Positions 25,836 to 38,150 of a stretch of DNA of 64,000 nt are shown one piece after another. This DNA comes from Monocercomonoides exilis PA203 (taxonomy: Eukaryota; Protista; Preaxostyla): assembly GCA_001643675.2 (NCBI GenBank), contig LSRY02000040.1, positions 496,001 to 560,000 of the forward strand, read 5' to 3'. Position numbers and translations under genes: made by a program. The notes beneath the pieces are model-generated. The model was given only the letters and a program-made list of their open reading frames with translations, was not told the origin of the DNA and ran no database searches. Every line of letters begins with the position of its first letter. Position 1 is the first letter of the stretch.

Positions 25836-28800
25836 TTACATCTGTTTCAGCAAATCAATCACAAACTTCCTTGTCACTTCAGCCACTTGTGGTGTTGAGC
25901 CCTTCACAGTCAGCATCAGCTTCCCATCTCCCTGTGACATCTGCATCTTCAGCATCAGCGGCAGCGGGGCAGCAGAGCCAGAACAGCTCACTCCAGCTGC
26001 AAAGCACAGCGTCTGAGGAGTGGAATCATAACCCGCCAGTGGCTGCATCTTCGCTGGGCCCTGGAGAAACGCCACAGCCTGTTGAAATGTCTGCGGGTTG
26101 AGTGCCATGCCGTGGAAGAAGAACTGCTCAGACACCGTCAGAGGCGATTGTGCCGGGACGGCCCCCCACTGCTGCACAAACAGCTCCTTCGGCGGGCACA
26201 CCGGCTGGAAGAACTTAATCCCAATACAAGGCAGCTTCACCAGTGAGCGATGAGTAGTCACTCCTGCAGAGTATGACAAGCACAACACAGGAGCAGCCAG
26301 AGCTGGCTGTGTCTGAGACACCACAATGTGCTGTGTGACAGAGGCAGCTGGGTGGATGATCGGTGCAATGGGCTCTATTTGGAGAGACAGTTCAGGGCAG
26401 TTCTGGACAGACGCAGCCACATTCATCAGCGCCTGCGACGGCACCCCTCCACTGCTGCCTGTTTTGTTCGTCCACGTCAGCAGCATTCGTCCTTCATGGC
26501 GCTGGTACTCGTGATGGCACGTGATGCATAGATTAGCGTCTTCGTATAGTTTGCCTTCCACATTGCAGATGAGGGCGTTATGCAGCTGCTCCAGGAGAGG
26601 GTTGGATTCGGGTGGTGGAAGAGAAGAGGAAGAAGAAGAAGAAGAAGAAGAAGAAGTTGGTTGTGATGGCTGGCCCATCAGATTCGCCAGCAATGCTGCT
26701 GGATCGAAGGAAGATGCATCTGAAGAAGCAGAAGCAGAAGCAGATGATGACGATGACGAATGTGCCCCAACTCCAAACCCACTCAGATCAATCATATCTT
26801 TGTCGTTATCATCAACCACCACAGCTGAAGAAGGCGCAGCTTGTGCTGCTTCAGTTGCGAACGCTGATGAGTTATTTGAATGCTGAACAGGAAAAGCTTG
26901 AGATGTTGAGCCAAATGTTGCATTTGTTGCACTTCCTCCACTTCCTCCCACATTCCCACTGAATCCATTGATAACCCCTTGACCAGCTGCATCCACACCT
27001 TCTCCTTCACCTCTTCCTCCTTCCGCTTCCTCCTCTTCCTCATCTCCTTCATCTTTTATCCCTTCTAAATGCTTCGATGCCCTCTCCACCACTCCGCTTT
27101 CCTTCACTTTCTTCTTCAGATCTCTCAGCAAAATCGACTGCCTCGGCTGGAAGGGAGGCAAAGGAGCGAGTGTGGCAGAGGCACTTTCGGGGGACGAATG
27201 CAACAAAGCAAGAAATTCACAGCTCCTTTCCTGCGGATCTTCAGCAATGTGTGTGGAATATTGAGAGAGATAGGCATCAGCGACTTGCTGCACTGAAGAA
27301 GAAGGAGATGAAGAGGGAGAGGAAGAAGAAGAAGCATTTGCAGCAGCAGCAATCTTCGCAATGGCTGATAAGATGATCGCTCGTGTGTTGTTCTGCGAGT
27401 CTGTCAGGTGTTTTCCCAGCGCCTCCACAATCTCTGCTGCTCCCCACTGCTCCTTTGGCACTTGTGAGTGATGTTCTCCAAGCAGATAAGCACAGATACG
27501 AATAGCGTTGTCTGGCAATGACGCATTCTGCAGCAGAAGCATCGCAGTGGTGGCGGCGTGTGGCTGCATGGCGGGGTTGGCAGAGACGATTTGGGCTGTT
27601 CTGTACCAGATTTCTTGAGGGGTGGTGTCGCCAGCATTGCGCAGGAGATGGAGGATGATGTTGACATACCATTCCATTGAGATAGGGTATTTTTCGGCAA
27701 GAATGGCGATTTTGAGAACCTTTTTATTTGGAGAAAGATGGGGTAAGGAGGAGGGGAAGGAGTTTGGAGGAGAAGAAAGGAAAATGCAATGAGAAATGAT
27801 TCAATAAATACAAATGATGTTTTAAAAAAAAAATTACATTAAAAAGAAAAGAAAAGAAAAGAAAAGAAAAGAAAAGAAAAGAAAAGAAAAGAAAAGAAAA
27901 GAAAAGAAAAGAAAAGAAAAGAAAAGAAAAGAAAAGAAAAGAAAAGAAAAGAAAAAGAAAAGAAAAAGAAAAAAAGAAAAAAAAAGAAAAAAAGAAAAAG
28001 AAAGAAAGAAAGAAATTCTTCACATTAAAAAACTAATTATTATAATCATTCATACCAGCTCCTCCTTAATCTCGTACTCTGCCAAGTCCAAATACTCCAC
28101 GAGTCTGCCCACCACCACGTCTGAGTTCTTCTCATTGCACAGCTCAAACAGCACATCCAGTGCCCTCCTTCTGAGTGAAATGTCCGGGTGCTGAATAAGC
28201 CTCTCCACCTGAGCCACAAACATCATATCTTCCCCCGTCGCCTCAGGATCCAGCGTGCACAGCCGCTGCAGCGCCTCCAGCGACAGATAGCGGATGTCTG
28301 GGTCACTGATCGCCAGGAAGCTCCGCATGTGGTGCACACACCGCCTAATAAGCGCTGGGTCTGCCCTCAGAGAAACAGCCAAGTAGACTGTCTCAAACAG
28401 CACTGCCAGCATCGCATTGTGCCGCACGATGACACGCGACCGCGGGTCAACCGAAGCGAACTTGGTGGTGTCTGTGTTCAGAATCTTCCGTAGCACTTGC
28501 AGGAGGTCTTCCATCGCAGTGGGCGACTCAATCTCTGGGTAGTGCTGCAGGAACTGAAGAACCTTTACGATCAGCCACGGCGCTGGTAGATGGTCGTACA
28601 TGTAGTCGCCTGAGACCGCCCGCTTCAGCACAACCTGGTTGATCATGCGGCACACTACAGGTACAAGCGATTTGTATGCAGCAGAATTTGCTACAGCCAG
28701 CCCGTGCAACAATGACATGACAGCTGTCAGAACTCCACCATCGCTGTGCTGCAGAAGCTGTTCAATACGTTCGTTCATGTTTTCCGGTTGTACGGCATCG

Positions 28801-29462
28801 CTATTTTTGCGGAAGAGATGGAGAAGTGTAAGTGACGCTTTTTTAATCACATATCTATTTGCTGATTTATTCATTAATATTTTTGCAACATTATTTGCAA
28901 GTGTTTCTGCTGTTTCTGCATTTCCGCAATTTGCTATGAAAGCTAACGCAAGGCATTGAACGCATTCACGAACAGATGTTAAATCAGTTAAAAGTGCTTG
29001 ATTTATTAATCGAACAAGCTCCGATTTTTCATTAACAAGAGAGCCAATAACTGTATAACCCTATATTTTGCGGGGAAAAAATAGTAGAAAAATCTAATAA
29101 ATAAACGTTTCTGACATACAATAACTTTATCTTGAAATTTGTGGCTATGAATAAGCTCCATTGCTTCCATATGTCCAAAGTCAACTGAATAGCCTAAAAT
29201 GTCTATATACATAAGTTTAAGTACAAATTTCTTTCTTTCATATAGGTCCATCTTTTTAGGGTTCACAAAAGCTTCACGAATGTGTGAAAGCTCTTTTTCA
29301 ACTCGATCTGATTCCTGGTCATGTGTTTTGCCTTGATTTAAAATATTAAATGGTAATAATTGCATGAATATAAGCATAAAAAAAGGCTATTCAAAATTCA
29401 CAAAGCAAACAAAAACGAATATCGCTAATAAAGCTGTTAAGCCCCTTAAATGCTGAAGACAT
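25836..29462 (-). CDS. AP2A: AP-2 complex subunit alpha (alpha-adaptin, ~1,050 aa)
   Basis: Exons 29462-29411, 29331-29120, 29060-28056 and 27719-25836 join in frame. 'KGLNSFISDIRFCKT..RVEKELSHIREAF..YERKKFVLKLMYIDILGYSVDFGHMEA', 'PAPWLIVK', 'DISLRRRALDVLF', 'IKEELVLKIAILAEKY..WYV'; hinge, then ear/appendage domain 'GKLYEDANL'. Confidence 0.95.
27846..28015. repeat. (GAAAA)n / (TTTTC)n pentanucleotide microsatellite in AP2A intron 3
   Basis: ~22 perfect GAAAA units (27846-27955) decaying into A-rich variants, inside intron 27720-28055. Confidence 0.95.
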
Positions 29463-29598
29463 GATCTTGTTACCTTAATCTTAATCATTTTTTGCATAAA
29501 AAGAAAACGCGAATTATTTGAGCTAGGTTGGAAAGAAATTTAATCCAGTAAAATTATATATTTATATTTTGTGTTATATATTCTTTTTGGAAAAGTGC
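29463..29598. promoter_or_regulatory. Putative bidirectional promoter (AP2A / C2CD5-like)
   Basis: 136-bp AT-rich gap between divergent ATGs. Confidence 0.5.
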
Positions 29599-32500
29599 AT
29601 GCCCGTTTACTTTAACATTGGCGTGATTGCGGCGAGAAATCTTCCTGTGATGGACCGTGGTTCAGGAAGTGCTGACGCATATGTTGAGGTTTGAACGTAT
29701 TTCATACATGCACTTTAAGTACTTTCATGAAAAAAACCTTAAAATATATATCATTATATTAATTCATTTGAAACATTTCAAATTATTAGGTTCATTTTGG
29801 GCATAAACCTGTTGTAACCACTTCAATTGCTAAAAAGACTCTTAATCCACATTGGAATGCGTATTGGACTTTTGAACTTGGAAATGATTACAGTTGGCAG
29901 GATGTTCCGCTTGTTTTTCGGTTTGTGAATATCTTTCATATATTCTTTTGTGTTTGACTCTCTTTTAGACTTTGGGATAAGGACGTCGTTTCGTCAGATG
30001 ATGTTATAGGTTCGGTATATATTGACCTTGATAATATTCTCAGTGGCTGGGAACCTTGGAAATGTGAAGGATGGTTTCCTATTATTGATTCCGAACGGGG
30101 GCAAAGAGGTGAACTTCTTGTTTCAATAAAAATTGATGTTATCAAAGATCAAAATCCAGAGCAAGAAACGAGAGTTAGCGGAATATTTTTTTCGTCATCT
30201 TTGATTCCACCAGAAAATTGGAGGATTATATCTGTTGTTGGAATTGTGCGTGATCTGATATGTGAAGATGATCCGGAATATGAATGGGTGGACAAAATCA
30301 GAGCATCGCGAATTTCTAATGATCAGCGACTTGCACTGTTTTATAGAATGATAAGGTTTGCAAAATCACAAAATTTATTACATATTCTATTAAATATTTT
30401 TATTACTTGTGTTTTAAAAAAATAATCAAAAAAAAAATCAACAAAAACATAATTTTTATTTTAATTTGAAAATAAATCAGTGAAATGCGCAGGCATCTGA
30501 GCATCGAAGCGAGCACGTACCGCTGCAATGCAGTTTTGGGGTACAAAGTGAGTTTTGATCTGGAAGAGCAGACAGGAGTGGTGGTGGGGAGGGCAATGGG
30601 CACAGCATGTGTGGTGGAGAGAGTGAGAGGGAGTCTGATTGAAGAAGAAGAAGAAGATGATGATGATGAATGTCCTTGTGAATGCGAAGAGGAAGAGGAG
30701 GAGGAGGACGAGGAAGAAGATGTTGATGATGGTTGCAATGGAAAAGATAAACGCAAGTCACGTCTGAAACGTAAAAGCAGAATATATGATGATGATGATG
30801 ACGAAAACGAAGAAGAAGAAGAATCAGAATATTCCAGTGAAAAATACAATGAGCTTAACAGAGGGCAAGATGAAGGGAACGAGCTGAGTTTCGGGTGGGG
30901 CAGAGTGTGGAAGGCAGAGGAAGAGGCAGCAATGCCCACGAAACAGAGGAGAAGGAGCAGCGATGAAGAAGGAGGAGGATTTGGTGGAGGAGGAGGAGAA
31001 AGAGGAGAAAGAGGAGGAGACACACAGAGAGAGAAGGAGAGAGAGAGAGAAAGAGGAGGAGGAGGAGGAGGAGGAGAGAGGGAGAAAAGTGTGAAGACAG
31101 AGAGGAGGAAGCATGTTGTGGGGAGAAAGGGAGCGATTTCAACAGCATTAGCACCGTTTGTGGATGGGGCAGAGCTGATGGGAGAGGACGAGGCAAAGAA
31201 AGAATTTCAGAAGTTGGTTAGAGAGAAAGAGAAGAATGAAAAAAGAAGGGAAAAAAATAGAAGAAGAAGAAGAATTGAAATGCAAAAAAGAAGAGAGATG
31301 AAAGAGAAAGGGATGGGAGAAGATGAAATTGTGGGAGAAGAAGAAGAAGAAGAAGAAGAAGAGGAGGAGGAGGAGGAGGAGGAAGGAGAAGGAGCAGAAG
31401 AAGGAGGAGAAGAAAGAGTAAACAAAACCATGAAAAAAACGATTTCCGCCAGAAGCAGAAAAGCGAAGGAGAAAGACAAGAGTTGTGAGGCAGATGATCT
31501 TTCATTGGATGGGCTGTTTCGTGTGGAGAGCAGCAGAAGCATCGCAAAAGCTCCTCTTTCAAATGGACAGCAAGGAATGGATGTGCAGTTGGCTGGAGGT
31601 GAGCAAATGGTTGTGCCAACTTCAGCTCCTTCTTCTTCTTCTTCTTCTTCTTCTTCCTCCTCCTCCTCTTCTCTTAATTCTTCTTCCAAAGATTCATCAA
31701 CACAGTCAGAGAAGCAATCTGTTGCTCTGATTCAGAGATCATCAGGAATGAATGGAAGAGGAAGAGGAGGAGACAAAGGAAGAGGCAGAGGCAGAGGAGG
31801 AAGAGGAAGAGGGAGAGGAGGAAAAATCAATGGAACAAGAAGTTATGATGGCTATGTGGGGAAGGTGTGGCACGAGAGAGATTCGATGGGGAATGAGCAG
31901 TTTGTTCATTATCCTTATCAACAGCAACATAATCAGCAGTATCTGATGAATAGCTTTGTTCCATCTTCACCAAACCCTCTTGTCAAATACATAGACCAGT
32001 TCGGTTCTTCCAACAGGCAAAGAAAACAATCAAGATATTCTTCATTCGCAAACAATGGAAGAAGAGCTATTGACAACTTTGCTTATCCCCAAAGACCTTT
32101 CAACCAGTTTCCTTATTCTTATCCTTCCTCTTCCTCATCTTCCTCTTCCTCTTCCTCCTTCCCCTTCTCTTTGCCTTTCCCTTCCCTTTCTCTCCCTGTC
32201 CCTTATGTCCCCCTCCCTCCCCGTCTCCCCCACCTCCCGTCAGCCGCCCCCGTTGTCCTCTGCACCCTCACCACGCTCCCACTCCCTTTCTCTTTCCTCC
32301 AGCTGCTCTCTGCACGTGCTGTGCGTGTGTGTGCAGACAGGGACAAAGGGAACGCTGGGCTGCGGAGCGTGTGGTGGGGGGAAGTGCAAGACGAGATCAG
32401 GAGGCAGGCAAGGAGGTGTGGGGCAGAGCTGGTACTGGGGTACAAGGAGAGTGCGTGTGTGTTGAATGATGTGTGTGTGCTGTCGGCAGAGGGGACAGGG

Positions 32501-35500
32501 GTGAGGTGCAGAGGGTGGGACGAGGCGAGCAGGTCTATGGGGGACAGGATGTGGATGGAGAGGAAGGAGAGAGAGAGAGAGAGAGAGAGAATGGGGTATG
32601 GAGGGATGGAAATGGGGAGAGGAGGAGGGAGAGGAAGAGGAAGAGGAAGAGGAGATGGAGGAAGTATTGGAGGAGGAGTGGGAGGAGGAATGGAAATGTA
32701 TTGGTTAGATGAACAGCAGGTGGGGAAGGTGAAGAACAGGAGGAGCAGAAAGAGATGGAAGAAGAGGAGGAAGAAGCACAGAAAGAAGGGGATTATACCA
32801 GGAAAGGACGAAAGAGGGCTGCCTTTGCCAAAGACGGAGGAAGAGAAAGAGAAGGAAGAAGGAAAAGAAGAAGGGAAGGAAAAGAATCTTGAAAAGGAAG
32901 AAAATGAAAAAGGAGAAGGAAAAGAAGGGAAAGAAGGGAAAGAAGGGAAGGAAGAAGAAGAAGAAGCAACCAAAACAGGATTGGATTCGTTGGCTTCTTT
33001 GTCTTCTGCTGAAGAAGAACTTCCTTCTCCTTTGCTAATTCCTCCTTCGTCTCAATCAGTTTCTTCTTCCTCCTCTTCTTCCTCCTCTTCTGTTAACAAC
33101 CCGAATGCTTCTCTTCCTCCTCTTCCACCTCGTCCTTCTTCTCAGAAACGATCTCGAAGTGTTGGTTCTGTTGGATCTAATCAAAAATCAGCTGTTTGTT
33201 CTTCTTCTTCTTCTTCTCCAAAAGATGTGTCAAACAAACAAAAGAAGCAAAAGAAACAGAAAGGCAATGAAAGTGATGATGGAGATGCTGTTATTTCAAT
33301 GATAGAAAAAGGAGAAGGAGAAGAGGAAGAGGATTATGATAATGATGACAATAACGATTATGAAGAAGAAGGTGATGGCAATGATGATGGTGAATTTTTC
33401 AATGAAATAGATGGAGATGGTTATTATGATGGAGATTTTGAAGAAGTAGAAGATGATGATGATGATGAAATCAGTGAAAACAACAACAATGAAGAAGATG
33501 AAGATGAAGAAGAAGAAAGCCCTGATGAAGCAGCACTCCAAAACGCCCTGTGCTTACGTGATTCTCTTTATGTGCTTCCAGATGAGCTCCTCTTCCACCC
33601 ATCGCGCTCTCTTCTTCAGACACAGCGCATTCTGAGAAAGAAGAGGAAGCTGCTGAACTTGTTGTGTGGCTGCCCTTCCTTTGCTGACTCTATTCCGCCT
33701 TCCCTCAGATGCTTTTGCCCCATCCACGCTTGCTCTTTCTTCCATTCGCATCTCCCCATTCAGGCTGTGCCTTCTTCTTCTCCTTCTCCTCTTCCTCCTT
33801 TTCTTCCTTCTTCTTCTCTTCCTCCTCCTCTTCCTTATTCTCCTTCTCCTTCTTCATTTCCTTCCTCTTCTTCTCCTTCTTCTCCTTCTGTTTGTGCCAT
33901 CTGCCATTCTGCGTATGTTCCTGAATTCATCCTCGCTTCCTGCGAACCTCCTCCTTTCATCAACTGTCCTCTCCCATCATCATCTTCTTCCTCTTCTTCT
34001 TCCTCTTCTTCCTCTTCTTCATACACTTCTCTTCCTTGGATCACCATTGATGCTGTTTCTATGCGCCCATTGAGATATTCTTCTGCCTCAGGTGCCTTGG
34101 GCTACAGCTCCACTTCTGGTTATTCCTCTTCCTCTTCCTCCTCTTCTTCCTCATCATCCTCCTCCTCCTCCTCCTCTTCTTCTTCTTCCTCATCGTCCTC
34201 CTCATCATCTTCTTCTTCCTCTTCTTCTTCCCTTCTCTCCTCCGACGAGCTCGCCGAAGCTGTGTCTGAAGCACTCCCCTTTCTCGAAGCTGATATTCAC
34301 AGGCAATTAACACTGAAAGCGCGTATTTCAGCGAGGAATGCGGTGTTCAACTATTCCAGTCAGGTGTGTGTGACGGCTGACTCTGTGTTTGTGGTGGCAT
34401 CGGGAACAGCTGTGCATTTGGATGCACTCCCCACGCCGAGGACACCTGTGGGGCTGATGGAGCTGGGAGGGGAAAGAGGAGAAGGAGGAAATATGATTCT
34501 GAGAGGAGAGAAAGGGAGTTTGAGGAAGAAGAAAGAAGCAGAAGAGCGGAGGAAGTATGAGGAGATGCTGGCGAACGAGATGGCGAAGATCGCAGAAGAG
34601 CAGAGGAGAAAGTTGGATGCTGAGCTGGAGGAGAAGGCGAGGTTTGCGTTGATTGGAAGAGAAGTGAGAGAGAAAGAGGAGGAGAGGAAGAGGAGGAGGA
34701 AGAGGAGGAAGAGAGGAAAGAGAAGGAGAAGGGAGGGGGTGAAGATGAGGGAAGGAGAAGGGGAGGAGAAAGGGAAGGGGAAACAAATAGAAGAAGAGGA
34801 AGATAATGATGGTGGTGGAGAAGAGGGAGAAGAGAAGAAGGAGAAGAAGAAAGAAAGAGAAAGAGAAGAAGGAGATGAAGAAGGAGAAAGAGAAGGAGAA
34901 GAAAAAGAAAAAGAAAAAGATGAAGAAGAAGTAGAAGAAGAGAAAGAGAAAGAGAAAGAAGTCACAATCCAGACAATCGAAGCAAGTCAACCTCTTCTTC
35001 CGCCCACAGCGATTCCAACAGAAACAATAGCAGAGTTGAGAAAGGAATATCTGAAGGAAGTAAATGCATGCAACACAAATGTCAAAGCAATCCAGTTCTC
35101 TTTCAGCTCCAATCAGCAGCCTTCGTTATATTCTTCTTCTTCTTCTTCTTCCTCTTCCTCTTCTTCTTCTTCTTCTTTGGATTCCCCTCAAGCACTGATT
35201 ATGCAACAGCTGCCAACTTCTTCGAACACTTTTCATCGAAAACAAACAAACAACCCAAAAAAAACAGAAGAAATTCAGCAAAATCAGCAAAATCAGAACA
35301 AAAAAGAAGAAAAAGAGCAACAAAAAGAAGAAAGAAGGAAAGAATTCTTAAGTCAACCTTCTGTTTCTTCTCAACATTCTGTGCACTCTATTCATTCTAC
35401 CTCTCCTCCTCCTCCACCTTCTTCTTCTTCTTCTTCTCTTAATTCTCTTCCTCTTTCTTCTCTTCCTCCTTATTCGGCTTCATCTTCATCAACATCATAT

Positions 35501-37924
35501 TCTTCTTCTTCTTCTTCTTCTTCGAATTCTTCTTCTTCTTCTTCTTCTTCGAATTCTTCTTCTTCTTCTCAAAACACGTCATCTGCACCTCAAACATTAT
35601 CATCAAATCCTTCCTCTTCTTCTTCCTCTTCCTCTTCCTCTTCTTCCTCTTTCCCCTCTTCTTCCATCATCCCTGTCAGCCAATTCGATTCTGAATGGCA
35701 CAGAAGAAGAAACAGGCAGCGTCTTCTTCAAAAGAACTTTATTTTGAATACTTATTTTTCCTCTTCCTCTTCCTCTTCCTCTTCCTCTTCCTCTTCTTCA
35801 TTTCCTTCTTCTTCTTCTTCCTCCTCCTCCTCTTCCTCTCCAAAATCATTTCTCCGGTCTCTCCCCATCACATTTGTGCAGATGGACAACTCATTCGTCA
35901 GATTGGCTCTTTCTTCGCTTTTTCGCTCTGTTCTGTCGCCTCTTCTGATGCCGCTGGTGACAACACAGATGATTGGAAGAGGGAGAGGAGGAGGAAGAGG
36001 AAGAGGGAGAGGAGAAGGAGAAGGAAGAAGAAGAAGAAAAGAAGGGGAAGGAGGAAGAGGAGAAGAAGAAGGAAGAGAAAGAGAAAGAGAAAGAAAAGGA
36101 AGTGAAGCGAATGGATCAAGTTCTTTTGCTTTGTTTGCTTCTCCTTCTTCTTCTTCTTCTCTTTTGGGATGTGATTATTCAGTTATTCCATCTTCTGCCT
36201 CTTCTTCTTCTTTCTCTTCTCTGTTGTCTTCCTCTTCTTCCCCTTCCTCTTCCTCTATCAATTCTTCTTCTTCTTCTTCTTCTTCCTCTTCTCATTCTTC
36301 TTCTTCTTCAGCAAAACGAGAAATTCCATTCATATTCGTTGTAAATTCTGTTTCTCTTGATCCTTCTTCTTCTTCTTTTCCTTCTTCTTCTTATTCTTCT
36401 TCCTCTTCCTCCTCTTCCTCTTCTCTTCCTCTTCCTCTTCTCCCTCCTCCCCCATTCAAGCTCTCCCAGACAGAACGATTAACGCATCTTCTTCTCTCTT
36501 CTTTCGACTCCATCAGAAACATCCTTCTTCAGGTTGCTACTGATAACAGTGCTCATAGACATGTATTTACTAATTCTTCTTCTTCTTCTTCTTCTTTTGG
36601 TTCTTCTTCTTCTCTTTCTTCTTCTTTTAATTCTTCTTCTTCCTCCTCTTCCTCCTCCTCTTCTTCTTCTCCTTCTCCTTCTCCTTTTTCTTCTTCTTCT
36701 CTTTCTTCTTCTTCTTCATTCCATCCACATATCCATTCTCTGATTGCCTCTCAGCCATTTTCTGTTCTTCTGTCTGGCCCTCATTCTGTTCAGATCTCTT
36801 CTTCTGCTGCCATTTTGGCTGCTTCTGATGAAGAAAGAGAACAAAAATTTAGTTTTTGTTTTTATAATTCTTCTTCTTCTTCTTCTTCTCCATCAAGTTC
36901 TTCTTCTTCTTCCTCTTCCTCCTCTTCCTTCTCTTCTTCTTCTTCTTCTTCTTCAGATGATCCAAATCAATTGTCTTCTTCATTTATTCCTTTGTCCTCT
37001 TCTCAAATAAAACTGTCAGAAACACAAAAACCAAACATTCACAACGAAAATAAAACAGATTCATTCAAAGAAAACTTTTCTTCTTCTTCTTCTTCTTCTT
37101 CTTCTCTTTCTTCTTCTCCTCCTTCTCATTCATCCACTCCACAGCCTGTGCCAATCACACAGAACACGAAGGATGTTGCAAGTGGATTTGAAGGTATTTT
37201 ATTTTATTTTATTTTATTCTATTTTGTTTTGTTTTGTTTTGTTTTTATTTTTATTTTGTTTGTGTTTGAATTGATATCATTATTTTTTTTTTATCCATAA
37301 TAATTATTTGTTAAATAATAAAATATAGGGATTCTTTCATCTGTTCAGACATCTTATCTGGACGATGCAACGAAGCAGCAAACAAGTCTCTTCAGCAGCA
37401 GCAACAACAGCTTTTCTCAAATTCCTTCTTCCTCTTCCTCCTCCTCCTCCTCTTCTTCTTCTTCCAATTCATATCAATCATCCTCTTCTTCCTCCTCCAC
37501 TTCTTCTTCCTCTTCTTCTTCCTCCTCCTCCTCATTCGTTCCCCCATCTCCTGCATCCCATACCTCCTTGTCTCGAAAATTCCCCTCGTCGGCCAATTCC
37601 ACTGCACCCTTTGTGACTTCTGTCACTTTGACCCCTCTGCCGTTCCTTCCGAAACACAGAATCACACACAACGCAGGTGCTCTTTCTCTGATTTTAATAA
37701 GGGAGCAGATCATTCCTCAAGATTCGTCAGACAGCAGCTTCATACGCACAGCAGCGGCAGATTTGGTTGCAATCGCACGCGCCCATGCAATGATGCAGCA
37801 TTGCAACGCAATCACTTCAGTCTCAATTGATCTGATGGATGTAGATTATTATGCTCAAAAAAAGCATGTTTATTGCGTTCTTAGCTTTTCAGGGGATGTG
37901 TGCAGAGTATCACCACTTCACTAA
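29599..37924 (+). CDS. C2CD5: C2 domain-containing protein 5 (C2CD5/CDP138/KIAA0528) homologue with low-complexity expansions (~2,638 aa)
   Basis: Exons 29599-29688, 29790-29920, 29969-30355, 30481-37193 and 37329-37924 join in frame. C2 domain 'AARNLPVMDRGSGSADAYVEV..KTLNPHWN..WDKDVVSSDDVIGSVYIDL' with Ca-ligand Asp residues; 'DDPEYEWVDKIR', 'NAVLGY..FDLE', 'SARAVR..WWGEVQDEI..VLGYKES..VCVLSAEGT', 'LPFLEADIHRQL', C-term 'TPLPFLP..LIRE..ARAHA..SGDV'. Confidence 0.92.
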
Positions 37925-38150
37925 ATTAAATTTTCTTTAAAGCATTATGAACTTTATTTGGAAGCGAATTTAAAAAATAAATATTTTGATCATAAAATAA
38001 TATCTATAAATTAAATTGATCTGTGCCGTTCAAAGGAAATTTTTAGGGAGAAAAAAAGTTTGTTATTTTATTTTCTAAGCTTTAAAAAATTGTTTTTGAC
38101 TATGTTTAACGAATTGGTTTTTAATTTTTTTATTAAAAAATTTCAGGAAG

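Noticed and set aside
27846-27955. Regular repeat array resembling CRISPR or telomere
   Set aside because: Simple GAAAA microsatellite without spacers, inside a spliceosomal intron.
2000-37700. Numerous overlapping alternative-frame and antisense ORFs (poly-L/F, poly-E/K)
   Set aside because: Shadows of stop-poor TTC/GAA repeats within the CLEC16A, AP2A and C2CD5 exons; no independent domain signal.
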